Shown: positions 27,339-36,409, counted from the first letter of the stretch. The stretch is DNA of 64,000 nucleotides from a virus (IMGVR_UViG_3300028186_000155), one strand, 5' to 3'. Made by a program: numbers and translations. The notes: generated by a model not told the origin, from the sequence alone.

Positions 27339-27587
27339 CTAGTTATTAATCAACAGTGCAAAGCAAACAACGAACGCCACCATATTGAAGCGTTCGAATC
27401 GGGCAGTCCAACGGTCGGTATTGCGCCCTACAAAAAGCAGCGACACAACCGAAAGCAGGATTCCCAAGGTGCCGATAATGGCGTGCGCCATTTGGCTATT
27501 AAACGGAACGGCAATCCAGCACAGGCTCAGCAATCCAACGACGATGCCTGAATGGGGGCGCATAAGCAGTGCCCGCGTAGTTTTCAT
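27339..27587 (-). CDS. small membrane protein (3 TM)
   Basis: three hydrophobic segments; start 27587 or 27596. Confidence 0.7.
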   Translation of the reverse strand: MKTTRALLMRPHSGIVVGLLSLCWIAVPFNSQMAHAIIGTLGILLSVVSLLFVGRNTDRWTARFERFNMVAFVVCFALLINN

Positions 27588-27604
27588 TGTACCCATGGAA
27601 ACTT

Positions 27605-27703
27605 CCCTTAATCCGTGAGGGTGTAGGTAACAGGCAGCAAATGCCCAGCCACCAATCTGACAGACGGTCGCCCATCTGTCAACACTTGCCCACGGATCAA
27701 GGG
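27605..27703 (-). ncRNA. candidate multi-stem cis-regulatory RNA
   Basis: 15-bp outer stem, GCGA-capped 10-bp hairpin and a third stem; wobbles are G-U only on the minus strand. Confidence 0.5.
27654..27682 (-). promoter_or_regulatory. sigma70-type promoter within an inverted repeat
   Basis: TTGACA-N17-(TG.)CAGATT; TGACAGATGG-GCGA-CCGTCTGTCA inverted repeat. Confidence 0.6.
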
Positions 27704-27765
27704 CTTAGGCCCCAATGGGAGCGGCTATAGGCCTGTGCACACGCGCACGCGTATACAGGGCAGGG

Positions 27766-28245
27766 TTAGGCCGGGTCAACCCCTGCACCGGCTTCCTTGG
27801 CGTGCTCCAGCTTGGCCGCCACCTGCGCCAGTTGAACCACGGTGTATTGCTCGGGCGACATGAGATTGGCCAACCCGGCGTCAATGGTGAACCACTCGCG
27901 CTTGCGCAATTGGAACTCTTCCCAATCGCAATAGGAAGCGAACGAAGCGCGGAAATAAATCTCGCGCTGGATCTTTGCCGGGTGATCGTCGGTTGCTTCG
28001 TAGGACAATACTTCGTCGTAAATCTTTTCACGCAGGAAAACTTCCATGCCTGCCTCTTCACGGGTTTCCTTCTGCGCGTTTTGTGCCTCGGTCAAACCTT
28101 CCTCCAAACCACCTTTGGGCAAAACCCACAGGCCGGGGAATTTCAGTGACGTGACCAGCAACACTTTATTGGTATCGTAGGAAATGACGGCAACGCCGGT
28201 AGCGGTGCGGCTATAGTTCAGGTCTTCAGATTTAACGACGTTCAT
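27766..28245 (-). CDS. Nudix hydrolase, DIPP/Ap6A-type
   Basis: WVLPKGGLEEGLTEAQNAQKETREEAGM; WEE..LRKREWF. Confidence 0.9.
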   Translation of the reverse strand: MNVVKSEDLNYSRTATGVAVISYDTNKVLLVTSLKFPGLWVLPKGGLEEGLTEAQNAQKETREEAGMEVFLREKIYDEVLSYEATDDHPAKIQREIYFRASFASYCDWEEFQLRKREWFTIDAGLANLMSPEQYTVVQLAQVAAKLEHAKEAGAGVDPA

Positions 28246-28953
28246 TTAGCAGTCTCCAATGTAATCAGTAACGAAGGGTCCGAAATTGCGGTTGAGCGCA
28301 TCACGCAAAGGCTTCACGCAACGCACCACAAAGCCAAAATCTTTCAGGTCGAAATAAAGTTCGTAGGGCACGGGGCCTGCCATATTCCACAGCTTCACAC
28401 ACTGGTTAATCAGTGCGATGCGGAATGTGTGGTTGCCTCGCAGGTGCATGTAGCCTATGGCCGTCATGTGATTGATAGTATCGTGCACCGCCTGTTCTAC
28501 AAGCCGAATGTATTGGCGAACATGCGCAGAGTCCAACGGATTATATCCATTGTCTTTCAGGATGCTGCGAAGCCGGTCTACACTATTTCCGACGTTTTCG
28601 ATGATGGATGCAACGACCACCAAATCAAACATGGGCATAGCGTGGCCGGATTCCACGCTGGGGCAAACCACCGCACCAATCCCCGGATACATGTGAAAAA
28701 ACGACCAACCATTTCTGTCTAATTGGTCCCTCACCGCTTTCGTCAGGTAACGCGGCCTTTCTGACCAATACATCCGAAATTCATCACGCTTCCAGCCATT
28801 CGACAAATAATGCATGATGGCTCGATTGAACAGAATTTGTGAATCTGGCTGTTCTTTGATCGGCACCAAAAACCCCATACCGCGTTCGACCTTGTGGGCC
28901 AAACACTCTTCTAGGTCGAAAGAGATTTTGTACAGCGGAATAGACAAATTCAC
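28246..28953 (-). CDS. hypothetical protein
   Basis: GTGA-coupled; tiles operon. Confidence 0.7.
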   Translation of the reverse strand: MNLSIPLYKISFDLEECLAHKVERGMGFLVPIKEQPDSQILFNRAIMHYLSNGWKRDEFRMYWSERPRYLTKAVRDQLDRNGWSFFHMYPGIGAVVCPSVESGHAMPMFDLVVVASIIENVGNSVDRLRSILKDNGYNPLDSAHVRQYIRLVEQAVHDTINHMTAIGYMHLRGNHTFRIALINQCVKLWNMAGPVPYELYFDLKDFGFVVRCVKPLRDALNRNFGPFVTDYIGDC

Positions 28954-29333
28954 ACGGTGCCCCTTTCGTCCTGAAGTTCGGTGTAGATTTCACGTGCAAT
29001 GCGTTCGATTTGTCGCTGGCGTTTGCCACGCTTGGCAATCTTCATTTTCTCACGGCGTTTGCGCACCACACGATCATGCAGCAACATGCCTGCAACCCAA
29101 CCGGCGCCAGCACCAAACGAGGCAAATAGCGCGTAGTACGGATTGGGCAAATCACGCGTGGCACCCACAACAAAAAGCGTGACCAAAATTTCGCAAGCAT
29201 TCATCAGGGTGCCGGTGATGCCAGCCGCCGTTTTGTGGCCGCTGGAAACTGCCTTGCTCTGAAAACCACGAAGCAACGTCGTGACGAACAAAACGCACGC
29301 CATGGCCAGCACCACAAAAACGGTATGATTCAT
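28950..29333 (-). CDS. 3-TM membrane protein (UPF0316/DUF2179-like layout)
   Basis: TM pattern with GAGAGW.AG. Confidence 0.65.
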   Translation of the reverse strand: MNHTVFVVLAMACVLFVTTLLRGFQSKAVSSGHKTAAGITGTLMNACEILVTLFVVGATRDLPNPYYALFASFGAGAGWVAGMLLHDRVVRKRREKMKIAKRGKRQRQIERIAREIYTELQDERGTV

Positions 29334-29944
29334 TTCGGTTCCTTACCCAAAATGTGCACTTGATCACTCGGCAAAATGGTCAGCCGGTCATCCGTGAAAA
29401 AATCATCCATCAGGCCGCTTTGAATGTCTTTGTACACACGCAGGCGCCAGTTCTGGAATTTGTCAGGTTCTGCACCTTCAGGCAGTGGCCGCGCCAGATC
29501 GTTTTCGATCACACCAATTTCCAGCATCAGTGCAGCTTCGATGGCGCCGGTCAGCTGCTGCATTTCTCTGCGGGCGTAGAGGGGGATTGCGTGGGCAAAG
29601 ATTTCCATTTGCACCGTGACGAATCCGCCGTCGAAATACACCCAGCAATTACGCGTGGCGTTGTCGCACATCCGCTTCGATTTCTTCCAGAATTCATCAG
29701 GCGGCATGCCTTCCAGCTGCTGATATTCTGGTTGTTGTGCGTGCCAGCAGAAACGGGCGGCAGGAATCAATACGTCTTGGCGCCACCACTCGCGCATATC
29801 GTGCTGCGCCTGTTCCCGGCCACGCAGGGCCTTGCCGTTCGGTTGGAATTTGAACCGCGCTTCCATATCCGGCGAAGGGAAACGGAAGGTAACGATGTGA
29901 GGCCGTGCACTGATAGGTATCAGATCGGAGATATTAACGTTCAT
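29330..29944 (-). CDS. hypothetical protein
   Basis: tiles operon. Confidence 0.75.
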   Translation of the reverse strand: MNVNISDLIPISARPHIVTFRFPSPDMEARFKFQPNGKALRGREQAQHDMREWWRQDVLIPAARFCWHAQQPEYQQLEGMPPDEFWKKSKRMCDNATRNCWVYFDGGFVTVQMEIFAHAIPLYARREMQQLTGAIEAALMLEIGVIENDLARPLPEGAEPDKFQNWRLRVYKDIQSGLMDDFFTDDRLTILPSDQVHILGKEPK

Positions 29945-30266
29945 ATTTTTTGGCCTCTTTCTCTCGGGCGTTGCGGTCTTCGATAAACTCGCGGTACTTT
30001 CGATATTTCACACGTAGCTTGTCCGAATTATTGGGCGTACACGACATGGTTAGCGAAATGGAAAGTTTGTAGCAAACCACGTCGGCCTCGGAATCGTAGG
30101 TACGTTGCACGTCCGTGACGCCGGGGCCGTTAACACCGTTGTCGAACATGTAGGGCGAATTTTCAACCCATTGGTTGGTGACGGTTTCCGCACGCGCATT
30201 GGACGCGATCACCAGCAACACGGAAATCAGCAGGATGGTCAACCAGTGTTTTTCTAACATTTTCAT
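29934..30266 (-). CDS. secreted small protein, paralog of 30269
   Basis: signal peptide; YDSEADVVCY...SC. Confidence 0.7.
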   Translation of the reverse strand: MKMLEKHWLTILLISVLLVIASNARAETVTNQWVENSPYMFDNGVNGPGVTDVQRTYDSEADVVCYKLSISLTMSCTPNNSDKLRVKYRKYREFIEDRNAREKEAKKYER

Positions 30267-30268
30267 TC

Positions 30269-30544
30269 CTAGAGGCCGAGGTTCTCTTCGATGGTTTGGC
30301 GCCACTTGACGGCAGAGCATGCGAACATTCCGCTTTTGTTTAGCTCGTAGCACACAACACCAGTCTGTTGGTCGTAATAGCGGACAACGGTCGTTGATCC
30401 GACTTCGAAACGCTGGCCCTTGATTGGGTTCTCCGCGTGGGCGGCATTGGCCTCAACTTTGGAGCCTTGGCCGAACACCGACCACACAGCCAGCATCAGA
30501 CATGCGGCGCCCAACGCACCAAAACAAAACGTCGTGTCTTTCAT
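30269..30544 (-). CDS. secreted or anchored small protein
   Basis: N-terminal TM; YDQQTGVVCY...AC. Confidence 0.75.
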   Translation of the reverse strand: MKDTTFCFGALGAACLMLAVWSVFGQGSKVEANAAHAENPIKGQRFEVGSTTVVRYYDQQTGVVCYELNKSGMFACSAVKWRQTIEENLGL

Positions 30545-31011
30545 GAAAGTTGCTCCAAAATTTCCTTTCCGACCAATTCTGCTGCTTCCTCGACCACACG
30601 CATAACGATCATGTCTAAAACTTTGTCCACCAGATCAGCGTGGGCCTGTGCTTCTTTAGCCGTGCTAAACAGTTGACCCGTAGAAAGGCCGTGCGGCAAT
30701 CCAGCTTTTTCCAGATCGAAACCACCCGTGATCCGCACGTACCAACCACCGCTGTAGTAAATGTGGGTCCAGCGGCTTTCGCGGCCCTTGTTCCCATCAC
30801 GGACCGTCACGCCCGAAATCGGTTTAACCAATTTTGGGTCCAAACAGTCGATAGGCGGGTACGGGGGAATGTACACCTGCACGCGTGACGTTTGTTCCTC
30901 ACGTACACATATTAGCTTCCCGCAACACTCGCTGATAAAATTCGGGACTGTATAACTCTGCAATTTCTGGTTGCAGTACGGGCACTTCAGAACTTCCGGC
31001 AAGGTGTTCAT
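30541..31011 (-). CDS. Zn-ribbon protein
   Basis: CPYC...CCG. Confidence 0.7.
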   Translation of the reverse strand: MNTLPEVLKCPYCNQKLQSYTVPNFISECCGKLICVREEQTSRVQVYIPPYPPIDCLDPKLVKPISGVTVRDGNKGRESRWTHIYYSGGWYVRITGGFDLEKAGLPHGLSTGQLFSTAKEAQAHADLVDKVLDMIVMRVVEEAAELVGKEILEQLS

Positions 31012-31150
31012 AATGGGTTCTCAGGATCTTGGTAAGTGCGCCGCACCAACGGCAGCGCACAGAAATTTCAGCTTGAGCAAACAGGGACGCGACTTCGGGG
31101 CTAACGTAAATTCGCCGCCGACACGATCCACAGTTAGATATCTGGATCAT
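30899..31150 (-). CDS. small Zn-ribbon protein
   Basis: CGSC...CRWCG; 113-nt overlap with next gene. Confidence 0.5.
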   Translation of the reverse strand: MIQISNCGSCRRRIYVSPEVASLFAQAEISVRCRWCGALTKILRTHYEHLAGSSEVPVLQPEIAELYSPEFYQRVLREANMCT

Positions 31151-31640
31151 TCTGGTCCAGTTTATATTTCTTGATCCCTTTGAGAACCATGCGGTGCAGG
31201 TGTTCGTTTTCCTGCTCCAGCATTTGCATCATGTACGAACCGGTAAATTCGTAACCCGTTTCTTTGACCTGCACCATCGCATTGGTGTGCAGGATGTAAA
31301 TCAGAAATTCGCCGTCGTGTGTGCCATATACGCCGCACGGCAGCAGGTCAACGTAGGGCGGTTCATCTTTGATCGGAATTTCCAGTAGCAGGCGGTAGCG
31401 GTGGGCATTGTCTTGCTTGATGTGGGAAGCATCCAGCAAATGCGTGTAGCCGAACCAGTGATCTTTGTTGCGCTCTTCTCGGCGGAAAGCCAGCTTTTTC
31501 AACACTTCGCCATGGGGCAGGCGCCCGCGCAAGGTAAGGCACGATGACAGATCCATGTGGTCTTTTGGATTCTGCACACCGCCAACCGAAATGTCACCTT
31601 GGGCGTTCCGTTTGATTTGTACAATTTGTGTGAAATGCAT
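31134..31640 (-). CDS. hypothetical protein
   Basis: AGGA SD. Confidence 0.75.
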   Translation of the reverse strand: MHFTQIVQIKRNAQGDISVGGVQNPKDHMDLSSCLTLRGRLPHGEVLKKLAFRREERNKDHWFGYTHLLDASHIKQDNAHRYRLLLEIPIKDEPPYVDLLPCGVYGTHDGEFLIYILHTNAMVQVKETGYEFTGSYMMQMLEQENEHLHRMVLKGIKKYKLDQNDPDI

Positions 31641-31658
31641 GGGATTTCCTAAATGGGT

Positions 31659-31880
31659 TTAGACTTGTTTAAGTCGCTCAATTGCCTTGGCCTGTGCCGT
31701 AGCAATTAGTGGCCGATATTGTTCGGCCCGTTCTTCCAGCAGACGTTTGCGCGCCTCATGGAAGTTTTGGAATTTCATTTCCCGTGCCAGCGTTTCCTGC
31801 GCCAACGTGATCTTGGCCCCGGTCGCTTTACGAATTTGTCTGGCACTGAATTTGAAAAGGTCTATTGCATCGTTGATCAT
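31659..31880 (-). CDS. small helical protein (MINDAIDL...)
   Basis: GGAG SD; AR.IRK......AQE.LARE..F. Confidence 0.65.
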   Translation of the reverse strand: MINDAIDLFKFSARQIRKATGAKITLAQETLAREMKFQNFHEARKRLLEERAEQYRPLIATAQAKAIERLKQV

Positions 31881-31890
31881 TTTCGCTCCG

Positions 31891-32286
31891 CTACCGGCGC
31901 CACCACCGTTTCTTTTCCTTTTGCTCTTCAGGGGTTTTTGCCCGGCCTTCATAGATCGGCACCATGTGGCTAACAGAGTCAACGTGCTGCGCAATTACTT
32001 GCAGCGTTTGGTTGAACTCGTTGAGGCCCATTTTCGAATTACGAATCGACTCGGTGTATTCACGAATTTTCTTTTCGTGCGAGTTGAGGGCACGCACACA
32101 ATCCGCAATGGTGGTCAGGCTAGAATAGCCGCGCTGGCCGTGTGGGGGCGCGCTCCAAATGGCGCAAACCTGTAGGTGCAGTTCGTGTTCGATTTCACGG
32201 GCTTTCTTCACAAACAGCTGCGCTTCCTCAAGCGTGGTTGCGTGTGAAATTTCCCGCGTCTTTTTGCCACCTTCACAGTGCACCAT
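31891..32286 (-). CDS. hypothetical protein (MVHCEG...)
   Basis: TAATG coupling. Confidence 0.65.
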   Translation of the reverse strand: MVHCEGGKKTREISHATTLEEAQLFVKKAREIEHELHLQVCAIWSAPPHGQRGYSSLTTIADCVRALNSHEKKIREYTESIRNSKMGLNEFNQTLQVIAQHVDSVSHMVPIYEGRAKTPEEQKEKKRWWRR

Positions 32287-32507
32287 TAGCAGGTCGCTCG
32301 ATGTGATTTGATGTACGTCACTTCCTTGCAGCCGGGGCACACGTGACGATAGCGCTGGCCGATAGGAATCACCATGCCAGTTGGCGGTCGGTGGCTCTGG
32401 TGGAAGCACGGTTGTTTCTGGCTGAATTCTGGATCAGGTTCGAAGCCCGAACCGTCCCGGTTTTCCTGCATGATCATGGCGGCGATCAGATCGTTATCTT
32501 CTGTCAT
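32286..32507 (-). CDS. small Cys/His protein
   Basis: CFHQSH...HVCPGC. Confidence 0.7.
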   Translation of the reverse strand: MTEDNDLIAAMIMQENRDGSGFEPDPEFSQKQPCFHQSHRPPTGMVIPIGQRYRHVCPGCKEVTYIKSHRATC

Positions 32508-32521
32508 TTTTCATTGTTCCT

Positions 32522-33028
32522 TTACGATTCCCAAATGTCAGCCGGGGCAATGTCACCACCGGTAAACATGCAGGTCATGAGAGCCGGAATCTGCGCATAC
32601 AGCTTTGGATTCATTTGATCAAAATGTACGCAATGCAAAACGCGCAATTTCTCGTAGGCCATACGGGCCGCCCCGTTCTGTGCCACGTTAAACTGCTCAA
32701 CAGCATCACTTGGAATGCACACAGAAAACCAACCTTTTTCGAACATTTCATGCGTCTTGCGCACAAGGTTGGCCAGTGCCTGTTGCTGCCACGGACTATC
32801 TGGATTTTCAGGCTCAGGGAAAACGATTTCTTCGACCGGCGATTTCTTACGGTAGGTCTTCAGTGTGAAATCTTTTGCCTTGCGTTCGCGGTAGCCGTAA
32901 TTGGAATCAACGCTAGCTGAAACCTCTTTGCTATTCGACAGTTTGGTACGTTCCGCAATGTCAGCCTCGGCCTCTGCGCCGTCCTTGCCAACACGACGAA
33001 ACGAAACTTCTACGCCACAAAATTTCAT
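32522..33028 (-). CDS. hypothetical protein
   Basis: GGAGG SD. Confidence 0.75.
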   Translation of the reverse strand: MKFCGVEVSFRRVGKDGAEAEADIAERTKLSNSKEVSASVDSNYGYRERKAKDFTLKTYRKKSPVEEIVFPEPENPDSPWQQQALANLVRKTHEMFEKGWFSVCIPSDAVEQFNVAQNGAARMAYEKLRVLHCVHFDQMNPKLYAQIPALMTCMFTGGDIAPADIWES

Positions 33029-33384
33029 TCGCCCAGTACCTCCGAAAGAATGACAGACATGTCGAGTTTGTTTTCCATGGCGATGCCAATGGCTTGACTG
33101 AATTTCTCTTCGTCAGTCATTTTGTCGATTGGCTTTTCCGGGTTCTTGTATTTCTCGATTTGACGCTCGAAATATTTGATTTCCCGGTCGATGGCGCGGA
33201 TGTGCTCCAGAACCGATTTGATGGTCAGGCCCTTGGGCTGGATCGGCGCGGTGTTAACTTGCTCGCCGGTCGGCACGCTATAACGCAGATTGTTGAACTC
33301 GATTCTGCGTTCCTGTTTACGCTGTTCCAGCCGCTGGTAAACGTTGTGCAGAATGGCGATGTGCTGCTGTACGGTCAGGCTCAT
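33025..33384 (-). CDS. coiled-coil hypothetical
   Basis: ATGA-coupled; resembles N-terminus of 33381 (L...Y..L...I..I). Confidence 0.7.
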   Translation of the reverse strand: MSLTVQQHIAILHNVYQRLEQRKQERRIEFNNLRYSVPTGEQVNTAPIQPKGLTIKSVLEHIRAIDREIKYFERQIEKYKNPEKPIDKMTDEEKFSQAIGIAMENKLDMSVILSEVLGE

Positions 33385-33950
33385 TGGGATTTCTCCACGA
33401 CGATTGTTTCCTCGATTTCGCACGGCACACACGTCATCCACGTGCCATAGATCAGCGAGGGTTTGAGGCCCAGTGCACCGGCCATTGTCTGGCCCAGCGA
33501 CATTGCCACGTCAAACGAAACACGGTCGCGAATAATCGAACGGCTCAGCCACTCACCGTCCTCGGTTTCCGTGTCGTGGTAGACGCTATAGAGCGCGTCT
33601 TTATCCGCGAATTCTAAGGCGTGCTCTTCGATGTAACCGTTCAGGTCAAATTCGGCAGCAATTTTCGCCACGATGTGGATTGGATTGGCACGTGCTCGGG
33701 TTTCGAGTTCGTCTTGCTGGGACAACTGGAAATGGGTAATCTTGCGGCGCATTTCCAGAATGTCTTCGCGGATCGTGAGGATGGCACGAATCGCCGCCTT
33801 CGAATCCGGGTGGTTGCCCACACGCAGCGCGATTGGATCGGGCTTGCCTCGGATCATCATCGAATATTGATCTACCAATTCTTTCAGCTGGATACCCAGC
33901 GCAGAATACAGCTGGTTGAGACGGGAAATACTCAGATTAGGTTCCGACAT
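33381..33950 (-). CDS. hypothetical protein
   Basis: AAGGA SD. Confidence 0.75.
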   Translation of the reverse strand: MSEPNLSISRLNQLYSALGIQLKELVDQYSMMIRGKPDPIALRVGNHPDSKAAIRAILTIREDILEMRRKITHFQLSQQDELETRARANPIHIVAKIAAEFDLNGYIEEHALEFADKDALYSVYHDTETEDGEWLSRSIIRDRVSFDVAMSLGQTMAGALGLKPSLIYGTWMTCVPCEIEETIVVEKSQ

Positions 33951-34344
33951 TTTTCAGTCCTTTGCGCATTTTTTCAGCGCGTCGTTTTTGCCCTTCCCGG
34001 TCGCGGATGCTTTGATTCGGGGCAGGCCAGATAACAGGCAGGTGACGCACCAGATTGAAAAACTTCCGGTGCTCGATTTCCAACACGTCAGCCACGTGAG
34101 TGCGACTGTAGCCCTGTGATGCCAGTTCGCGACAACGCAATACCAAACACCCGACTACACCGCACTGGCAAACGTCTATCGCCCCCGTTTTTGGGTTCGG
34201 GCCGTGGCCTTCGGTTTGAAACGATAGTTGGTTTTGTAAATTGACCATACGGTTACACCCAAAGGCAGACAGTGCATGAAAAGGAGAAACAATGCAAACA
34301 GGTGAATCATTCGGTGGTATCCACGCAGGTGTAAGTAACGGCAA
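33937..34344 (-). CDS. HTH-like protein, start uncertain
   Basis: ELASQGYSRTHVADVLEI. Confidence 0.5.
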   Translation of the reverse strand: MPLLTPAWIPPNDSPVCIVSPFHALSAFGCNRMVNLQNQLSFQTEGHGPNPKTGAIDVCQCGVVGCLVLRCRELASQGYSRTHVADVLEIEHRKFFNLVRHLPVIWPAPNQSIRDREGQKRRAEKMRKGLKNVGT

Positions 34345-34597
34345 AGCCGTTGATCAGGCTTTCTTTGACGACGGTTACTGCATCTTTTTTGGAGTCGCTA
34401 CGGCGCGTAATTTTCACGTCGTCTTTGCCGTCCATATAGGCAAAGCCCTGCGTCTCGAAATAGCGGTCGCGCACCCGTACACACGTGGCTTGATCGGGGA
34501 ATGGTTGCATGCCCTGTGCAACACTAGGCACACCCACATTGAGCGGCGCCTTGAAGCTAACCAGCGTGAAGAGAATTGCGCCTGCCCAATTATCCAT
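34307..34597 (-). CDS. hypothetical protein (MDNWAG...)
   Basis: tiles operon. Confidence 0.6.
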   Translation of the reverse strand: MDNWAGAILFTLVSFKAPLNVGVPSVAQGMQPFPDQATCVRVRDRYFETQGFAYMDGKDDVKITRRSDSKKDAVTVVKESLINGFAVTYTCVDTTE

Positions 34598-34847
34598 TTT
34601 CCGAAACCACCAGATCCACAGTGTATCCAAGGTTAGCGGCGAACATCACCAGCCGGGCGAACGGAATGTTGCCCTTGCCGCTAACCACCGAGTAAAGGTC
34701 GATCTTCGAAATGTCGTACAGCTTCTGGATTTCCGGTGCCTGCAAACCGAGTGTCATCAGCTTGGCTTGGCATGCAGAAATCAGCTGCGCCTGCATTTCT
34801 TGCACCGCGATGCGGCCACGGTCCAGATCAACTTTTTGCTTTGCCAT
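34590..34847 (-). CDS. XRE-HTH-like protein
   Basis: LQAPEIQKLYDISKIDLYSVVSGK...RLV.FA..LG; AAGGA SD. Confidence 0.65.
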   Translation of the reverse strand: MAKQKVDLDRGRIAVQEMQAQLISACQAKLMTLGLQAPEIQKLYDISKIDLYSVVSGKGNIPFARLVMFAANLGYTVDLVVSENG

Positions 34848-35208
34848 ATTGAATTCCTTGAAGTTCCTGTAAGAGACGTATGTGGACGGTTTCGAGTCGT
34901 TCGCCACATATATCGTTTACAGTTTTCAGGAAGTCTTGCAATTCATCCAGTACCGTGAGGATTTCCACCGACAGGTCGGACCAGCGTTGATTGCCGCCCA
35001 GCGTCAATTCCAATTCAGGCCTACGTGTTAGGCCGGGGATAGAATGGCGCACGTGAGTTTCGTCAACATCGATTTGAGAAACGGCGAAACTTTCACGCGA
35101 TACGTGCACCTTGTGGCGCAGAACGGCAACGCGGCGGAACAGTTCCTGTGCGTAGGCCTGCCGTTCCATTGGCATCATGTCCTCGATTTCTTTCCGGCTG
35201 TATCTCAC
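34828..35208 (-). CDS. hypothetical protein
   Basis: GTGA-coupled. Confidence 0.65.
   Translation of the reverse strand: MRYSRKEIEDMMPMERQAYAQELFRRVAVLRHKVHVSRESFAVSQIDVDETHVRHSIPGLTRRPELELTLGGNQRWSDLSVEILTVLDELQDFLKTVNDICGERLETVHIRLLQELQGIQYGKAKS
34915..34925 (-). promoter_or_regulatory. AAACTGTAAAC motif copy 7
   Basis: exact 11-mer 67 nt upstream of the HTH gene; shares downstream GATA with copy 2. Confidence 0.55.
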
Positions 35209-35648
35209 TGGTCAGACTCCCCCAGTTGCTGCCAGAACCAGCGCGCAGGTTTTTCTGCATCGTCCACGTTGTACACGCGCCAATTCATGTTAAGCAGACC
35301 AATCGGCGTGCCCGGCTCAACATCTTGGAAATCTACGCTGGCGCGGAACAGGAAACGCGGTGCCGAACCATCCTTCGGATAGCCCTCAATACGGAACAGG
35401 TTGGAAACTTTCACGTGAACGGTGTAGGCCAGTTCGTGATAGTTTTCCGTAACGGTTTTGTAGAAACGTTTGCGCAGCCAGAAGTCGTATTCACCATCTT
35501 CCAGACGCGCTAGGTCTTCGGGGTGGACGCGGACCCACTCGTAACCGTTGTTCACGAACTCGGCAAAGATTTCATTTTTTCCGAGAGCGTTTGGAAGATC
35601 GAACACGTCGTCCAGACTTAGCGGCTTGTGGTGGTTTTTTCTCAGCAT
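35205..35648 (-). CDS. hypothetical protein
   Basis: GAGG SD. Confidence 0.7.
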   Translation of the reverse strand: MLRKNHHKPLSLDDVFDLPNALGKNEIFAEFVNNGYEWVRVHPEDLARLEDGEYDFWLRKRFYKTVTENYHELAYTVHVKVSNLFRIEGYPKDGSAPRFLFRASVDFQDVEPGTPIGLLNMNWRVYNVDDAEKPARWFWQQLGESDQ

Positions 35649-36201
35649 ATTGTTTCAGCCTCGTTTCTTGTACGATAAGTTCAACAAATCTTACGGGTTC
35701 GCGGTGGTACATAATGAGGTCCATGATTTCGGCCCCACTTGCGAACACTTTCGACACGCCATCCAGAGGATCAATTGCTTCAGAACGCACAGACTCAACA
35801 CGGCGCAGCATACGCCACGCAGCCTTACGCACGGCCAATGCAGTTCCGTGAATTTTTGCAGCCAACCCCACAACCAAAATGGCGTGGTGTGTATCAACCG
35901 GCGCCGGGTCAGGCTTTTTCGGATGCACCACAAAATGCACGTGGTAGCCAATCGACTTGCGCGGGAACGGAATGCGCTTCACAGGCATAGGCCGATAGGT
36001 CAGGTCTTCGTCAATTTCGAACCAGACGAAAAAACCTGTTGGGTAATACGGGATGTACGGGACGACAACAGGTGGAAAATCAGTAATGCTCTTCGGTTCC
36101 GGTTCCAGCAGTGCTTGCGCGTTCATCCAACAAATCCCACAACGGTTTAAAATCGGTATCTTGTTGCGCGGTTCGCGCTTGGTCCAGCGCTGCGCGTACA
36201 T
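35572..36201 (-). CDS. hypothetical protein, start uncertain
   Basis: overlaps both neighbours. Confidence 0.55.
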   Translation of the reverse strand: MYAQRWTKREPRNKIPILNRCGICWMNAQALLEPEPKSITDFPPVVVPYIPYYPTGFFVWFEIDEDLTYRPMPVKRIPFPRKSIGYHVHFVVHPKKPDPAPVDTHHAILVVGLAAKIHGTALAVRKAAWRMLRRVESVRSEAIDPLDGVSKVFASGAEIMDLIMYHREPVRFVELIVQETRLKQYAEKKPPQAAKSGRRVRSSKRSRKK

Positions 36202-36400
36202 TCGGGTCTAGCCCGTCTTTGCCTAGCCATTTGAACAACGCAACTTCCAGCCGGTGCAGCCCATTGGCCTTACGGCAGAAAGCATCATTCATGTCTTGAA
36301 TTTGCTGCTTCTGGTGTGATGCGTAATGCTTGTCACCCGTAGCATTTGAACGGTCGCCATTCGAGCGTTTCTTTTTCGGTCGGTCGTCTGTGTTGTCCAT
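36080..36400 (-). CDS. hypothetical protein
   Basis: AAGGA SD. Confidence 0.65.
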   Translation of the reverse strand: MDNTDDRPKKKRSNGDRSNATGDKHYASHQKQQIQDMNDAFCRKANGLHRLEVALFKWLGKDGLDPNVRAALDQARTAQQDTDFKPLWDLLDERASTAGTGTEEHY

Positions 36401-36409
36401 AACAGTCCT

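Noticed and set aside
27605-27703. Hammerhead ribozyme, c-di-GMP riboswitch or tRNA
   Set aside because: No CUGANGA/GAAA core, no GEMM consensus and no T-loop or anticodon arm
36080-36400. DUF3310/T7 gp1.7-like nucleotide kinase
   Set aside because: Only a weak KHY...KW resemblance; other family motifs not seen
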